26,739 nt of DNA from Candidatus Poseidoniaceae archaeon (GTDB lineage Archaea; Thermoplasmatota; Poseidoniia; Poseidoniales; Poseidoniaceae). The position numbers were made by a program, and so were the translations under genes. Below the pieces are notes generated by a model that was not told the DNA's origin, ran no database searches, and was given only the letters and a program-made list of their open reading frames with translations. The DNA lies in contig JAKUNY010000001.1 of the NCBI GenBank assembly GCA_022451765.1, positions 1 to 26,739 of the forward strand, given 5' to 3'. Positions 7,508 through 15,052 of the stretch are shown piece after piece (position 1 is the stretch's first letter; each line of letters opens with the position of its first letter).

Positions 7508-8128
7508 ATGTCGGATAAGAAATTCACAGTTCACGTAGCCAGAGAAGCAGGTCACGAGCAAGAGCTCATGACCCGACAAGACATCGTCGATGCGGTGTCA
7601 ACAAACGAAAACAATTGGGTCTTTGTCGATTCACAAATGGTCAGTGTCGAAGAACTCGAAACCATCGAGTTAAACGATTCCACTGAAATTCGCATCAACC
7701 CCGGAATGGTCGGCGGAGCAGAAACATTCACTGTTCTTGTTGCAAGCGAGAAAGGTGACCAGGCCATGACGATGACCAAACAACAACTTGCAGGCGAATT
7801 AACAAGCAACCGAGGAAACTGGCTCTTTGTCGATGGCCAGATGGTTGATGCAGCCACCATAGAAAATACTGAACTCAATCAAGACAACGTCTTGCGCTTG
7901 GTGCCGTCCATCGTTGGCGGATCAGAAACCTTCACTGTTCAGATTACCGATGCGACAGGTCACTCGGTTTGCGAAATGACCAAGGAAGAAATTGCATCGA
8001 GTGCGAAAGAAGGCAACAACTGGGTATTCGTTGACGGTCAGATGGTCGCTTCAAGTGCTATTGCAGAAACAGATCTTGCACAAGCTGCCGAGATCCGTAT
8101 CACGCGCCCACTTGTTGGTGGTTTCTGA
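7508..8128 (+). CDS. Tandem triple ubiquitin-like (SAMP/ThiS/MoaD beta-grasp) precursor; each unit ends in VGG
   Basis: Units 7508-7717 (70 aa, ..INPGMVGG), 7718-7921 (68 aa, ..LVPSIVGG), 7922-8122 (67 aa, ..ITRPLVGG), then F-stop. Shared motif FTV-x6-G-x5-MT..NW[VL]FVD[SG]QMV..L..[IL]R..VGG. Start placed at 7508 because the track start overlaps guaA. Confidence 0.8.
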   Translation: MSDKKFTVHVAREAGHEQELMTRQDIVDAVSTNENNWVFVDSQMVSVEELETIELNDSTEIRINPGMVGGAETFTVLVASEKGDQAMTMTKQQLAGELTSNRGNWLFVDGQMVDAATIENTELNQDNVLRLVPSIVGGSETFTVQITDATGHSVCEMTKEEIASSAKEGNNWVFVDGQMVASSAIAETDLAQAAEIRITRPLVGGF

Positions 8129-8179
8129 TATCAGATTTTGACGGACAGGTTCAAAACCAATGGGTAGGTCGGTCAGGCT

Positions 8180-8341
8180 ATGTCGGAACTTGTAGACTAC
8201 AAGTGTGCGCTCTGCGGGACCCACGAAAGCTTTGACCGTGAGCGAAACGGGATTCACTGCAGCCACTGCGGTTGCAAAATCTTCATGAAGCTCCGCAGAA
8301 GCAGTGGAGACCGAAAGAAGAAGACGCTCAAAGCAGTTTGA
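8180..8341 (+). CDS. rpoP: DNA-directed RNA polymerase subunit P (Rpo12)
   Basis: Hand translation: MSELVDYKCALCGTHESFDRERNGIHCSHCGCKIFMKLRRSSGDRKKKTLKAV* (53 aa). YKCxxCG...IxCxxCGxKIxxKxR...KA is the Rpo12/RPB12 pattern. Below the ORF-track cut-off. Confidence 0.88.
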   Translation: MSELVDYKCALCGTHESFDRERNGIHCSHCGCKIFMKLRRSSGDRKKKTLKAV

Positions 8342-8375
8342 GCCCACGCAAATGGTCAAAGACCTATGCCGCTGA

Positions 8376-9509
8376 ATGATGCACATGGCGAGTTGGCTTG
8401 AGACCTACCCACCTCGCCGTTTTTCTGAACTGGCACTCGATGAGTCTATCATTGATACCATTGAACGCGTTGCGCTTCAAGCAAACCCTCCTCACCTTCT
8501 CATCTCCGGCCCACCGGGTTCTGGTAAGACGGCTACTTGGCATCTCATCGTTCGGCAAGTTCTCGGACCATCGTGGCGCTCAACGACCCACGTCCTTCAA
8601 GCAAAGGACCTAGCAAAAACTGCAGGTGCGATGGCAGCTTTTGAATCGTTTTTGCGTCCGGGCGGCAAAGACTCAAGCGATACACTAGCAAGCCGCACCT
8701 CACTTGACGCGTTCGATTCCACTTTCTCGCAGGTCTCTGCCGATGATGTCGCTCCTGCGGGACATGAATCTCAGCGTGGAAGTCAGAACGATGTTCACAT
8801 CTCTCGAATCATTGTCATTGAGGATGCAGACCACCTCGGACATAAACGGCAGCCTCTCCTCCGTCGCATGATGGAGGCAACAAGCCATACTTCGCGATTC
8901 ATATTCACTGCACAAACACCATCGCGAATGATCGATGCGCTTCGTAGCCGAACCCAACACATCCGGTTAACTGGCGTACCCCGGAAAAAAATTGAACGCA
9001 GGCTGACTCAGATTTGCAGTATGGAAGACATTGACCCAGTTCGCGGGATCCTTGGCGACATCGCGCATATTTCGGATGGCAACCTACGGAAAGCACTGTT
9101 CACAACGGAGGTACTCGCATTGAGAGAGCTACTAGGAGATCGAGAAAATCTCCATCGCCTGTTAACAATGATCTCAACAAATGAAGTCCAACGCATGATT
9201 GAGGCTGCTTTGCGAGGCCAGGTCGTTGAATGGCGATGGGAAAAAGATGGTTACAAGAACACACGAAAACTGAAAGGCGCACTGGGAATCTATGATGACA
9301 TAATTTCTCAGCAAAGTCTGGAGGCCGAGGACGTAATTGAGCAAGTGCACCAAGTGTTGACAGGTGGGCGACTTAATCTCCCAGAGAAACAACTCATCTC
9401 AGCCTTGGCAGCACTCTCTGATTGCGATGTTCGACTCCGCCGTTCCTCACAAGGGCGCATACAAGTTGAGAAGATGTTGCACGAATTCGCTTCAATTCAT
9501 CAACAGTAA
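8376..9509 (+). CDS. Replication factor C small-subunit-like AAA+ protein (divergent)
   Basis: WLETYPP (cf. WVEKYRP), Walker A GPPGSGKT, Walker B region IIVIEDADHL, LRRMME..RFIFTA..PSRMIDALRSR, DGNLRKAL, C-terminal clamp-loader helical domain. True start may be ATG 8385. Confidence 0.8.
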   Translation: MMHMASWLETYPPRRFSELALDESIIDTIERVALQANPPHLLISGPPGSGKTATWHLIVRQVLGPSWRSTTHVLQAKDLAKTAGAMAAFESFLRPGGKDSSDTLASRTSLDAFDSTFSQVSADDVAPAGHESQRGSQNDVHISRIIVIEDADHLGHKRQPLLRRMMEATSHTSRFIFTAQTPSRMIDALRSRTQHIRLTGVPRKKIERRLTQICSMEDIDPVRGILGDIAHISDGNLRKALFTTEVLALRELLGDRENLHRLLTMISTNEVQRMIEAALRGQVVEWRWEKDGYKNTRKLKGALGIYDDIISQQSLEAEDVIEQVHQVLTGGRLNLPEKQLISALAALSDCDVRLRRSSQGRIQVEKMLHEFASIHQQ

Positions 9510-9540
9510 CCTCCATCATAGGGAGCGTTTAGGCAACGCT

Positions 9541-9617
9541 GGGCGTGTAGCACAGCTGGATAATGCGTCGGCCTCCTAAGCCGAAGATCGCGGGTTCGAA
9601 TCCTGCCACGCCCGCCA
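9541..9617 (+). tRNA. tRNA-Arg (CCU), no intron, CCA encoded
   Basis: GGGCGTG/CACGCCC acceptor stem, TCGGC-CTCCTAA-GCCGA anticodon arm, GGTTCGAATCC T-loop, terminal GCCA. Confidence 0.97.
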
Positions 9618-9687
9618 AACGTATGCCTTTCATTGCGAATGCATCGAAGAAGACATATGTATGCTGCATGTAGAAGTGCTGATTGCG

Positions 9688-11229
9688 ATGGAGCCCGAAG
9701 AAGAATCCATCGTCGCTCGTACCCGGCGGACTATCAAGTCCTTGCCAGACCCCTATGGTCATGGTTTTGCCAGGAATGAAGACCCGCTAGAGCGGACCAG
9801 AGAAGCGTGGGAAAGGAGCGAGCGGTTCCGCATGAAAAGCGGCCAGATTGCCAACAATTCCTTCTTCCTTGCCTTCCGAAACGTAGTTGGTTTCGGTATT
9901 GCAATGACTGCAGTTTTGCTGGTTGTTGACCATTCCATTCTTCCATTCAGTTCACCGTTGTTTATACTCGCCCTCTGGCTTGTACCTGCCCTAGCCGCTT
10001 TTGTACCTCCTATCGCTGGTAGTGAAGCCACGTGGTCTGCTGTTGAAGCAAAAATATCGCTACGTGAGCAGGGTGGCTTTGGTGATGGAAAACGCCATAC
10101 ACTAAGGGCGCAACCTGGCATGGATCGCGTTCTTGAAGGCCTCAGAGATGGGCGCCGACAGAACAACATTAGCGCATTCCTTGCGACAACCTCCTTGACG
10201 CTTCTTTGTTTATCGATGCTCATAACCCCTCGATCTGTAGCATGGAACCTGTTGCTTCTCACCTCTATGACAGCAGGTATTGGATTGAGCATTCATTCTA
10301 TTTTGACAACCTACTACATTCGACTTCAAGCAGACTCAATGCCACTTTTGATTCACTATGCCCCAACCCATCACCCCACACAGTTAGGTTCGCCACTCGG
10401 GCAATTGCTTCAGTCGCATCTCGACCCAGATTCCCTTATCGAATGGTCAGAATGGGAGCAACGGTTCCATCAGGCGATACTACCAGGGACGGATCCAACC
10501 CAAGCAAGGGAGCGTCTGCTCTTCTTGCTTCACCTTAACGCAAGCAATATTATCGACGAAGCAACTGTCTTTAATTCGCTTCGCGACTTCATGTCACCGA
10601 ATGCAATCCAGAGAGTTCTGCTCTCTCAGGAGGAGTTGTTCAATTGGAGAACCCTTCAACGTGCCCTCGAGCATGCTCGTGCTTGGCAACCGGGAGCTTT
10701 CCGGCTTTTCGAACGGCTTCAGAATGATTTTCTCTCAGGTGCACCAGAGATACTCCTCTCACCCTGGCGTATGGATATATCACTTGATTCGACCTGTTAT
10801 GATGGCTCTGGGAGCCTCTTTATCGCACTCAATAACCAAACCTTCGATGCAACACACGTTCGCGTCGAAGTGCAGGTTCCTGGTGGCGAACCTCAATCCA
10901 TCGATCATCGCTTCGAATTGGCTCCTTGTCCCCCGCCATTGAAAGCAATCGAACTTACAAGTACATCAGAGGATGATGTTTTGAGTTGGCTCCCTCGTTA
11001 CCTTGAGCGAACTGTGGTTTTGTGGATCAATGTAGCATGGGACCGTGGTTTCCAAGGGGATGCTCAAGTTCAGATTACACTACGTGATGATGAAGGCATC
11101 GTCCTCGGTTCTCGAATTGTTCGAACCAATGTATTGCCCAAAGAGAGCCGACAAAGGATTGAGCGCATACGCCAATTGCTACGTGTTCGCAGGTTTTCTG
11201 AACTCGATTTACCACCCACAACGAGTTGA
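9688..11229 (+). CDS. Hypothetical membrane protein (about 4 N-terminal TM helices plus a large soluble region)
   Basis: Long ORF with hydrophobic pairs FRNVVGFGIAMTAVLLVV / LFILALWLVPALAAFV and AFLATTSLTLLCLSMLI / NLLLLTSMTAGIGLSI; beta-rich C-terminal ~130 aa. Start 9688 or 9661. Confidence 0.75.
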   Translation: MEPEEESIVARTRRTIKSLPDPYGHGFARNEDPLERTREAWERSERFRMKSGQIANNSFFLAFRNVVGFGIAMTAVLLVVDHSILPFSSPLFILALWLVPALAAFVPPIAGSEATWSAVEAKISLREQGGFGDGKRHTLRAQPGMDRVLEGLRDGRRQNNISAFLATTSLTLLCLSMLITPRSVAWNLLLLTSMTAGIGLSIHSILTTYYIRLQADSMPLLIHYAPTHHPTQLGSPLGQLLQSHLDPDSLIEWSEWEQRFHQAILPGTDPTQARERLLFLLHLNASNIIDEATVFNSLRDFMSPNAIQRVLLSQEELFNWRTLQRALEHARAWQPGAFRLFERLQNDFLSGAPEILLSPWRMDISLDSTCYDGSGSLFIALNNQTFDATHVRVEVQVPGGEPQSIDHRFELAPCPPPLKAIELTSTSEDDVLSWLPRYLERTVVLWINVAWDRGFQGDAQVQITLRDDEGIVLGSRIVRTNVLPKESRQRIERIRQLLRVRRFSELDLPPTTS

Positions 11230-11299
11230 CATTCCCTAAGGGACCAAGCGCTTTGCTTATTGCGGGGGTTTGCCTCGGTGATAACACCGGGGTGTTGGT

Positions 11300-12934
11300 G
11301 TGGAAGCATGGGATGTCGTGATTCTAGGAGACGGTCCTGCAGCACTGTCTGCTGCTGCTCAAGCATCGAAGGATGGTGCGAGCGTTCTCATGATGAGTTC
11401 AACAGGACTCGGTGACGCTGGAGCAGAGGCGCTTGATGGAATTGCGTGCCATATTCAAGAAGAAAGCAATCGAGGTCATCGAGAAGATACCATCAAGGGC
11501 GGCGCCTTCCTTTCTGATCAAGATATTGTTGCTGCTCATACAACAAAGGCACTCCGAATTGTCGATCTTCTTGAACGCAGAGGCGTGAATTTCCGACGCG
11601 ATGCAAAAGGAATTGTCAAAGGGCACTATGCATCAGGCCACTCAAAACCACGGCTTTGCAATGCAGGCGACGCAACAACGAGAGAAATTCAACAAGTGCT
11701 TGAAGAGCAGTGTATGAAGCACGGCGTCACTCGTCGCGGCGACCAAGTTCCGCTCGAGTTGATTCACACTGATTATTCTGTCAACGGACTGATTGCTATT
11801 GACATGCTCAATGGTAGAATTCTTTCAATTCAGTGCAAAGCCCTCATTATTGCTGATGGGGGCTTCGAAGGTGCGTTTACCAATGGCTCCACATCTTTAG
11901 GGATGGACCTTGCCTACCGTGCAGGAGCTCCACTACGAAACATGGAATTCATTGCTGAAGCGCCCCTCGGCATTGTCGGGACCAATCTCGTCATATCACA
12001 ATCCATTCTCTCCGATGGAGCGACACTTCACACACCTTCGGGTACGGCACTCGAAACGACATCAAGTACACCGACATCTGAAATCTGCTCAAAGATGCAT
12101 GAAGCCGGAACAACGGTTCTTGATGCCCGAAATCTTGGAGAGAATGCAGAATGGTGGACTGTTTTGTTTGACAACATCAAACAACGCACAGGTATTGACA
12201 TGCACCGCCAAACCATTGAAGTCGCGCCCGTTCCAACTCACACAATCGGGGGGCTCCCCACGGACGAGCATGGTCGCGTAGTGATGCAATCTTGGGCTCG
12301 GTGGTTTACTGGACTCTACGCTGCAGGTTCAGCATCATCCAGTGGACTACACGGAGCAGATGTTCTTGAAGGAAACCGCTTGCTGGAGTCCCTTGCAGTT
12401 GGGGAAGCCGCTGGTACACATGCTGCAGAATGGATTGAGAAGCGGAAATTCACCGCAGCGTCAAAACTGGAAGATGCCAATGGTCTTGCAGAAGCTGAAT
12501 TGAGTATGCTTGGAGGGGAATCTGAGGGCCCCGTTCAGCGCCTGAATCCGGTACTAACTGGCTTGAGGGAGATCTTGACCAGTTTGAACACGCCTGCCAG
12601 TGCTGCAGTTGATTATGACAATGCCAGTACGATGCTGGAACAACTCTCGATCAAGGCCGAGCAACTTTACTGCGATCAAACCTCACTCATCGCGAATCAA
12701 AATCTCCTCGAGATTCTACGTACACAGGCCGCAATTCGGATGGCCCAGGCATACGTAAAATCAGCATCGCTCAGGACAGAATCCAGAGGGCTGCATCAAC
12801 GCTCCGATTACCCAGAGTCCAACGATGAGCAGTTGCATCACAATTTGATATTCTCCAACGGTACTCACGGAACGCTGGCCTTGCGAAAGGGACCTTCAGG
12901 AAACTGGATTCTCCCTCCTACCGCTGCGGTTTGA
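11300..12934 (+). CDS. FAD-dependent oxidoreductase, SdhA/FrdA/NadB family, divergent active site
   Basis: DVVILGDGPAAL, DTIKGGAFLSDQD, GHSKPR, IIADGG, GAPLRNMEF, HTIGGLPTD, GLYAAG, LHGA..GN.LLE, RTESRGLHQRSDYP. GTG start with GGGGTG 5 nt upstream. No sdhB/C/D nearby. Confidence 0.85.
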   Translation: MEAWDVVILGDGPAALSAAAQASKDGASVLMMSSTGLGDAGAEALDGIACHIQEESNRGHREDTIKGGAFLSDQDIVAAHTTKALRIVDLLERRGVNFRRDAKGIVKGHYASGHSKPRLCNAGDATTREIQQVLEEQCMKHGVTRRGDQVPLELIHTDYSVNGLIAIDMLNGRILSIQCKALIIADGGFEGAFTNGSTSLGMDLAYRAGAPLRNMEFIAEAPLGIVGTNLVISQSILSDGATLHTPSGTALETTSSTPTSEICSKMHEAGTTVLDARNLGENAEWWTVLFDNIKQRTGIDMHRQTIEVAPVPTHTIGGLPTDEHGRVVMQSWARWFTGLYAAGSASSSGLHGADVLEGNRLLESLAVGEAAGTHAAEWIEKRKFTAASKLEDANGLAEAELSMLGGESEGPVQRLNPVLTGLREILTSLNTPASAAVDYDNASTMLEQLSIKAEQLYCDQTSLIANQNLLEILRTQAAIRMAQAYVKSASLRTESRGLHQRSDYPESNDEQLHHNLIFSNGTHGTLALRKGPSGNWILPPTAAV

Positions 12935-12962
12935 TTATTTGTCCTGTCCGGTTGGGAGAGGT

Positions 12963-13394
12963 ATGGCAGAACTTACGCTTTTCCAGCGGATACTGTCCGG
13001 AGAGATTCCTTCGCACAAAATAGCATCCGGTGAAGGGTGGTACGCATTCCTCGACATCTTTCCACGTCGGGAGGGCCACACGCTAGTAATTCCGACGACG
13101 CCCGTGCAACGAATTGCGGAACTTACAACCTTAGAACGCTCGAGGTTGATGACCGGAGTTGCAGAGGTCCAATCATTGCTCTCGTCTCATTTCCAAACGA
13201 TGGATTTCACGGTTCTTGTCCACGATGGGCCCTTAGCTGGACAAGAGGTTCCGCATGTCCACGTTCATGTCTTGCCCAGGACTCCGAAGGATGGCGGCTC
13301 AACCATAGCCGCGATGTGGCCACGTTCATCGGTCGCAGAACCCGATCATGACGCATTGGGGGCTCTTGCATCCTCGATTACAAAGGAGGCATAA
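12963..13394 (+). CDS. HIT family nucleotide hydrolase (Hint-like)
   Basis: LFQRILSGEIP, AFLDIFP..EGHTLVIP, GQEVPHVHVHVLPR histidine triad. ATG 12963 preceded by GGAGAG. Confidence 0.92.
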   Translation: MAELTLFQRILSGEIPSHKIASGEGWYAFLDIFPRREGHTLVIPTTPVQRIAELTTLERSRLMTGVAEVQSLLSSHFQTMDFTVLVHDGPLAGQEVPHVHVHVLPRTPKDGGSTIAAMWPRSSVAEPDHDALGALASSITKEA

Positions 13395-13480
13395 TTCTGG
13401 CGAAGGGAGTCGCTCCGTTCGATGGAGCAGTTGACCATCGCGGGGAGGCACTCCCGGTTTTATCGAAATCTTCAGCCAAT

Positions 13481-15022
13481 ATGAAGATGGAAAAACTCAT
13501 GAACACACCGATGCCTACGTTTGATAAAGCAACGCCAGGCAGTCCTTTTTGGACCAAATTAGCCTTCTTCTTCTGCCGAAGAACCGCAGCAAATCAATTT
13601 CGGACAATTGAGTATTCTGGGATGGAAAACATCCCTACAGATCGCGGCTCTCTTTGTGCCGCATGGCACACCAACGGTCTCATTGACCCTCTCGGCATCA
13701 TGCTTGCACATCCAAAGGAGTTTGTTATGGGAGGCCGGCACGACCTTGTGACCCGGCCAGTTCTTTCTTTTTGGACACGCAGACTTGCAGTTCAACCAGT
13801 TGTGCGGAAAGCAGAATTGCTCCGAGGTGGCTGCAGTGAAGAGGAAGCGACCAATCTGAATGGGCGTTCATTAATCACATTAGCATCTGGGATTTCGAGC
13901 GGGTTTGGCTGCGTTTTATTCCCAGAAGGAACCAGTCATGACCTTCCACATATGATCCGATTCCGAACAGGCCCAATGCGAACGGTGCTTGCTGCTGCTG
14001 CCATCGCCAAAGGAACTGGCAAGAACTGCCCCGTGTTGCAACCTGTTGGCCTTCATTTTCGCGTACGACACCATTATCGAACCGATATGTGGGTGGAATT
14101 TACGGATCCATATTTCCTTCCCGAAGATGACATACCAGAGGATTTGATTGAAGCTGTACAAAAGAGAGAATGGGTTGAACCCCCCGGGGACCTCGTCCGC
14201 TCTTTGCGAGATGGACTACGTCCACACCTCCTCCCAATTACACCGAACGCATCAAGTTGGGATGAGCACGGTGCTTTTCATCTGATTGCACAACTTGAAT
14301 CTCGTGAAAACAAGCGTCCTCTAGATACATGGAGAAAGGAAGTTCTCGCTGCGAGGGAGGTCCGAGACCGGTTCCAATCTGAATTGGAAGGAGAGGACTC
14401 GAAGCCAGTGAAAATCGAACACCCCATTGTAGACGCTGCGAAAGAAATTCACAGTCAGTTACAAGCACGCAGACTCGATGGTCGAGATCTCGACGCCTCT
14501 GGACGGAAGTTACGATTTGGCAATCCTCTGCAAGGGATTGGATTTTGCAGCAAGACATCTCTTATGGCAGCACTACTACCCGCTTTTTTACTGTCGTTGT
14601 CTCCTCAACTGGTTCTTGGACGCTTTCTAGGGGACCGAACCGACGAAGGTGTCGATGCTCGCACAACATATCAGTTCCTCGCAGCTATGTTTGGTTCTCT
14701 TCTGTTGTGGCCGTTCTTCGCTCTCATCGGCACATGGATGGTCTGGGCGAACTTAGGGTCCATTTCAGATCTTTTCTCCTTTGATGCAACAGCGATGTTT
14801 GGTGGAGGGCAGACCAGCCAGATTCTATCGCTGGTTGTTCTTTATGTTGTGATGTTTCCACTGTTTTGGCTATCCGGTCGAATGTTCGGATTCTGGTGGG
14901 ATGGGTACGTTGATGCTCGGAGAGCGTTTTCTAGACTTAGTGCCGGAAGCCTGTACAAACAGAAGCTTGAACAGCGATTGCAGGCACTTTCAACCGAATT
15001 GGAATCATTCAGCAAGCGCTGA
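13481..15022 (+). CDS. Glycerolipid acyltransferase (LPLAT/PlsC superfamily) with C-terminal TM helices
   Basis: WHTNGLIDP catalytic motif, PVVRK, LFPEGTSH, RFRTGPMR, PVGLHF; 3-4 hydrophobic helices near the C-terminus. Start may be 13487 or 13499. Confidence 0.85.
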   Translation: MKMEKLMNTPMPTFDKATPGSPFWTKLAFFFCRRTAANQFRTIEYSGMENIPTDRGSLCAAWHTNGLIDPLGIMLAHPKEFVMGGRHDLVTRPVLSFWTRRLAVQPVVRKAELLRGGCSEEEATNLNGRSLITLASGISSGFGCVLFPEGTSHDLPHMIRFRTGPMRTVLAAAAIAKGTGKNCPVLQPVGLHFRVRHHYRTDMWVEFTDPYFLPEDDIPEDLIEAVQKREWVEPPGDLVRSLRDGLRPHLLPITPNASSWDEHGAFHLIAQLESRENKRPLDTWRKEVLAAREVRDRFQSELEGEDSKPVKIEHPIVDAAKEIHSQLQARRLDGRDLDASGRKLRFGNPLQGIGFCSKTSLMAALLPAFLLSLSPQLVLGRFLGDRTDEGVDARTTYQFLAAMFGSLLLWPFFALIGTWMVWANLGSISDLFSFDATAMFGGGQTSQILSLVVLYVVMFPLFWLSGRMFGFWWDGYVDARRAFSRLSAGSLYKQKLEQRLQALSTELESFSKR

Positions 15023-15052
15023 GTTCAAATTACCCTAACGTGCCGGGAGTTC

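Noticed and set aside
8123-8182. rpoP is in the same frame as the Ubl gene, suggesting a ubiquitin-fusion made by read-through
   Set aside because: Two stops intervene (TGA 8126-8128 and an in-frame TAG in the spacer), so no fusion is supported.
9541-9617. tRNA genes as integration sites for a mobile element
   Set aside because: I found no duplicated tRNA 3' fragment, integrase, transposase or clear composition shift in the window.
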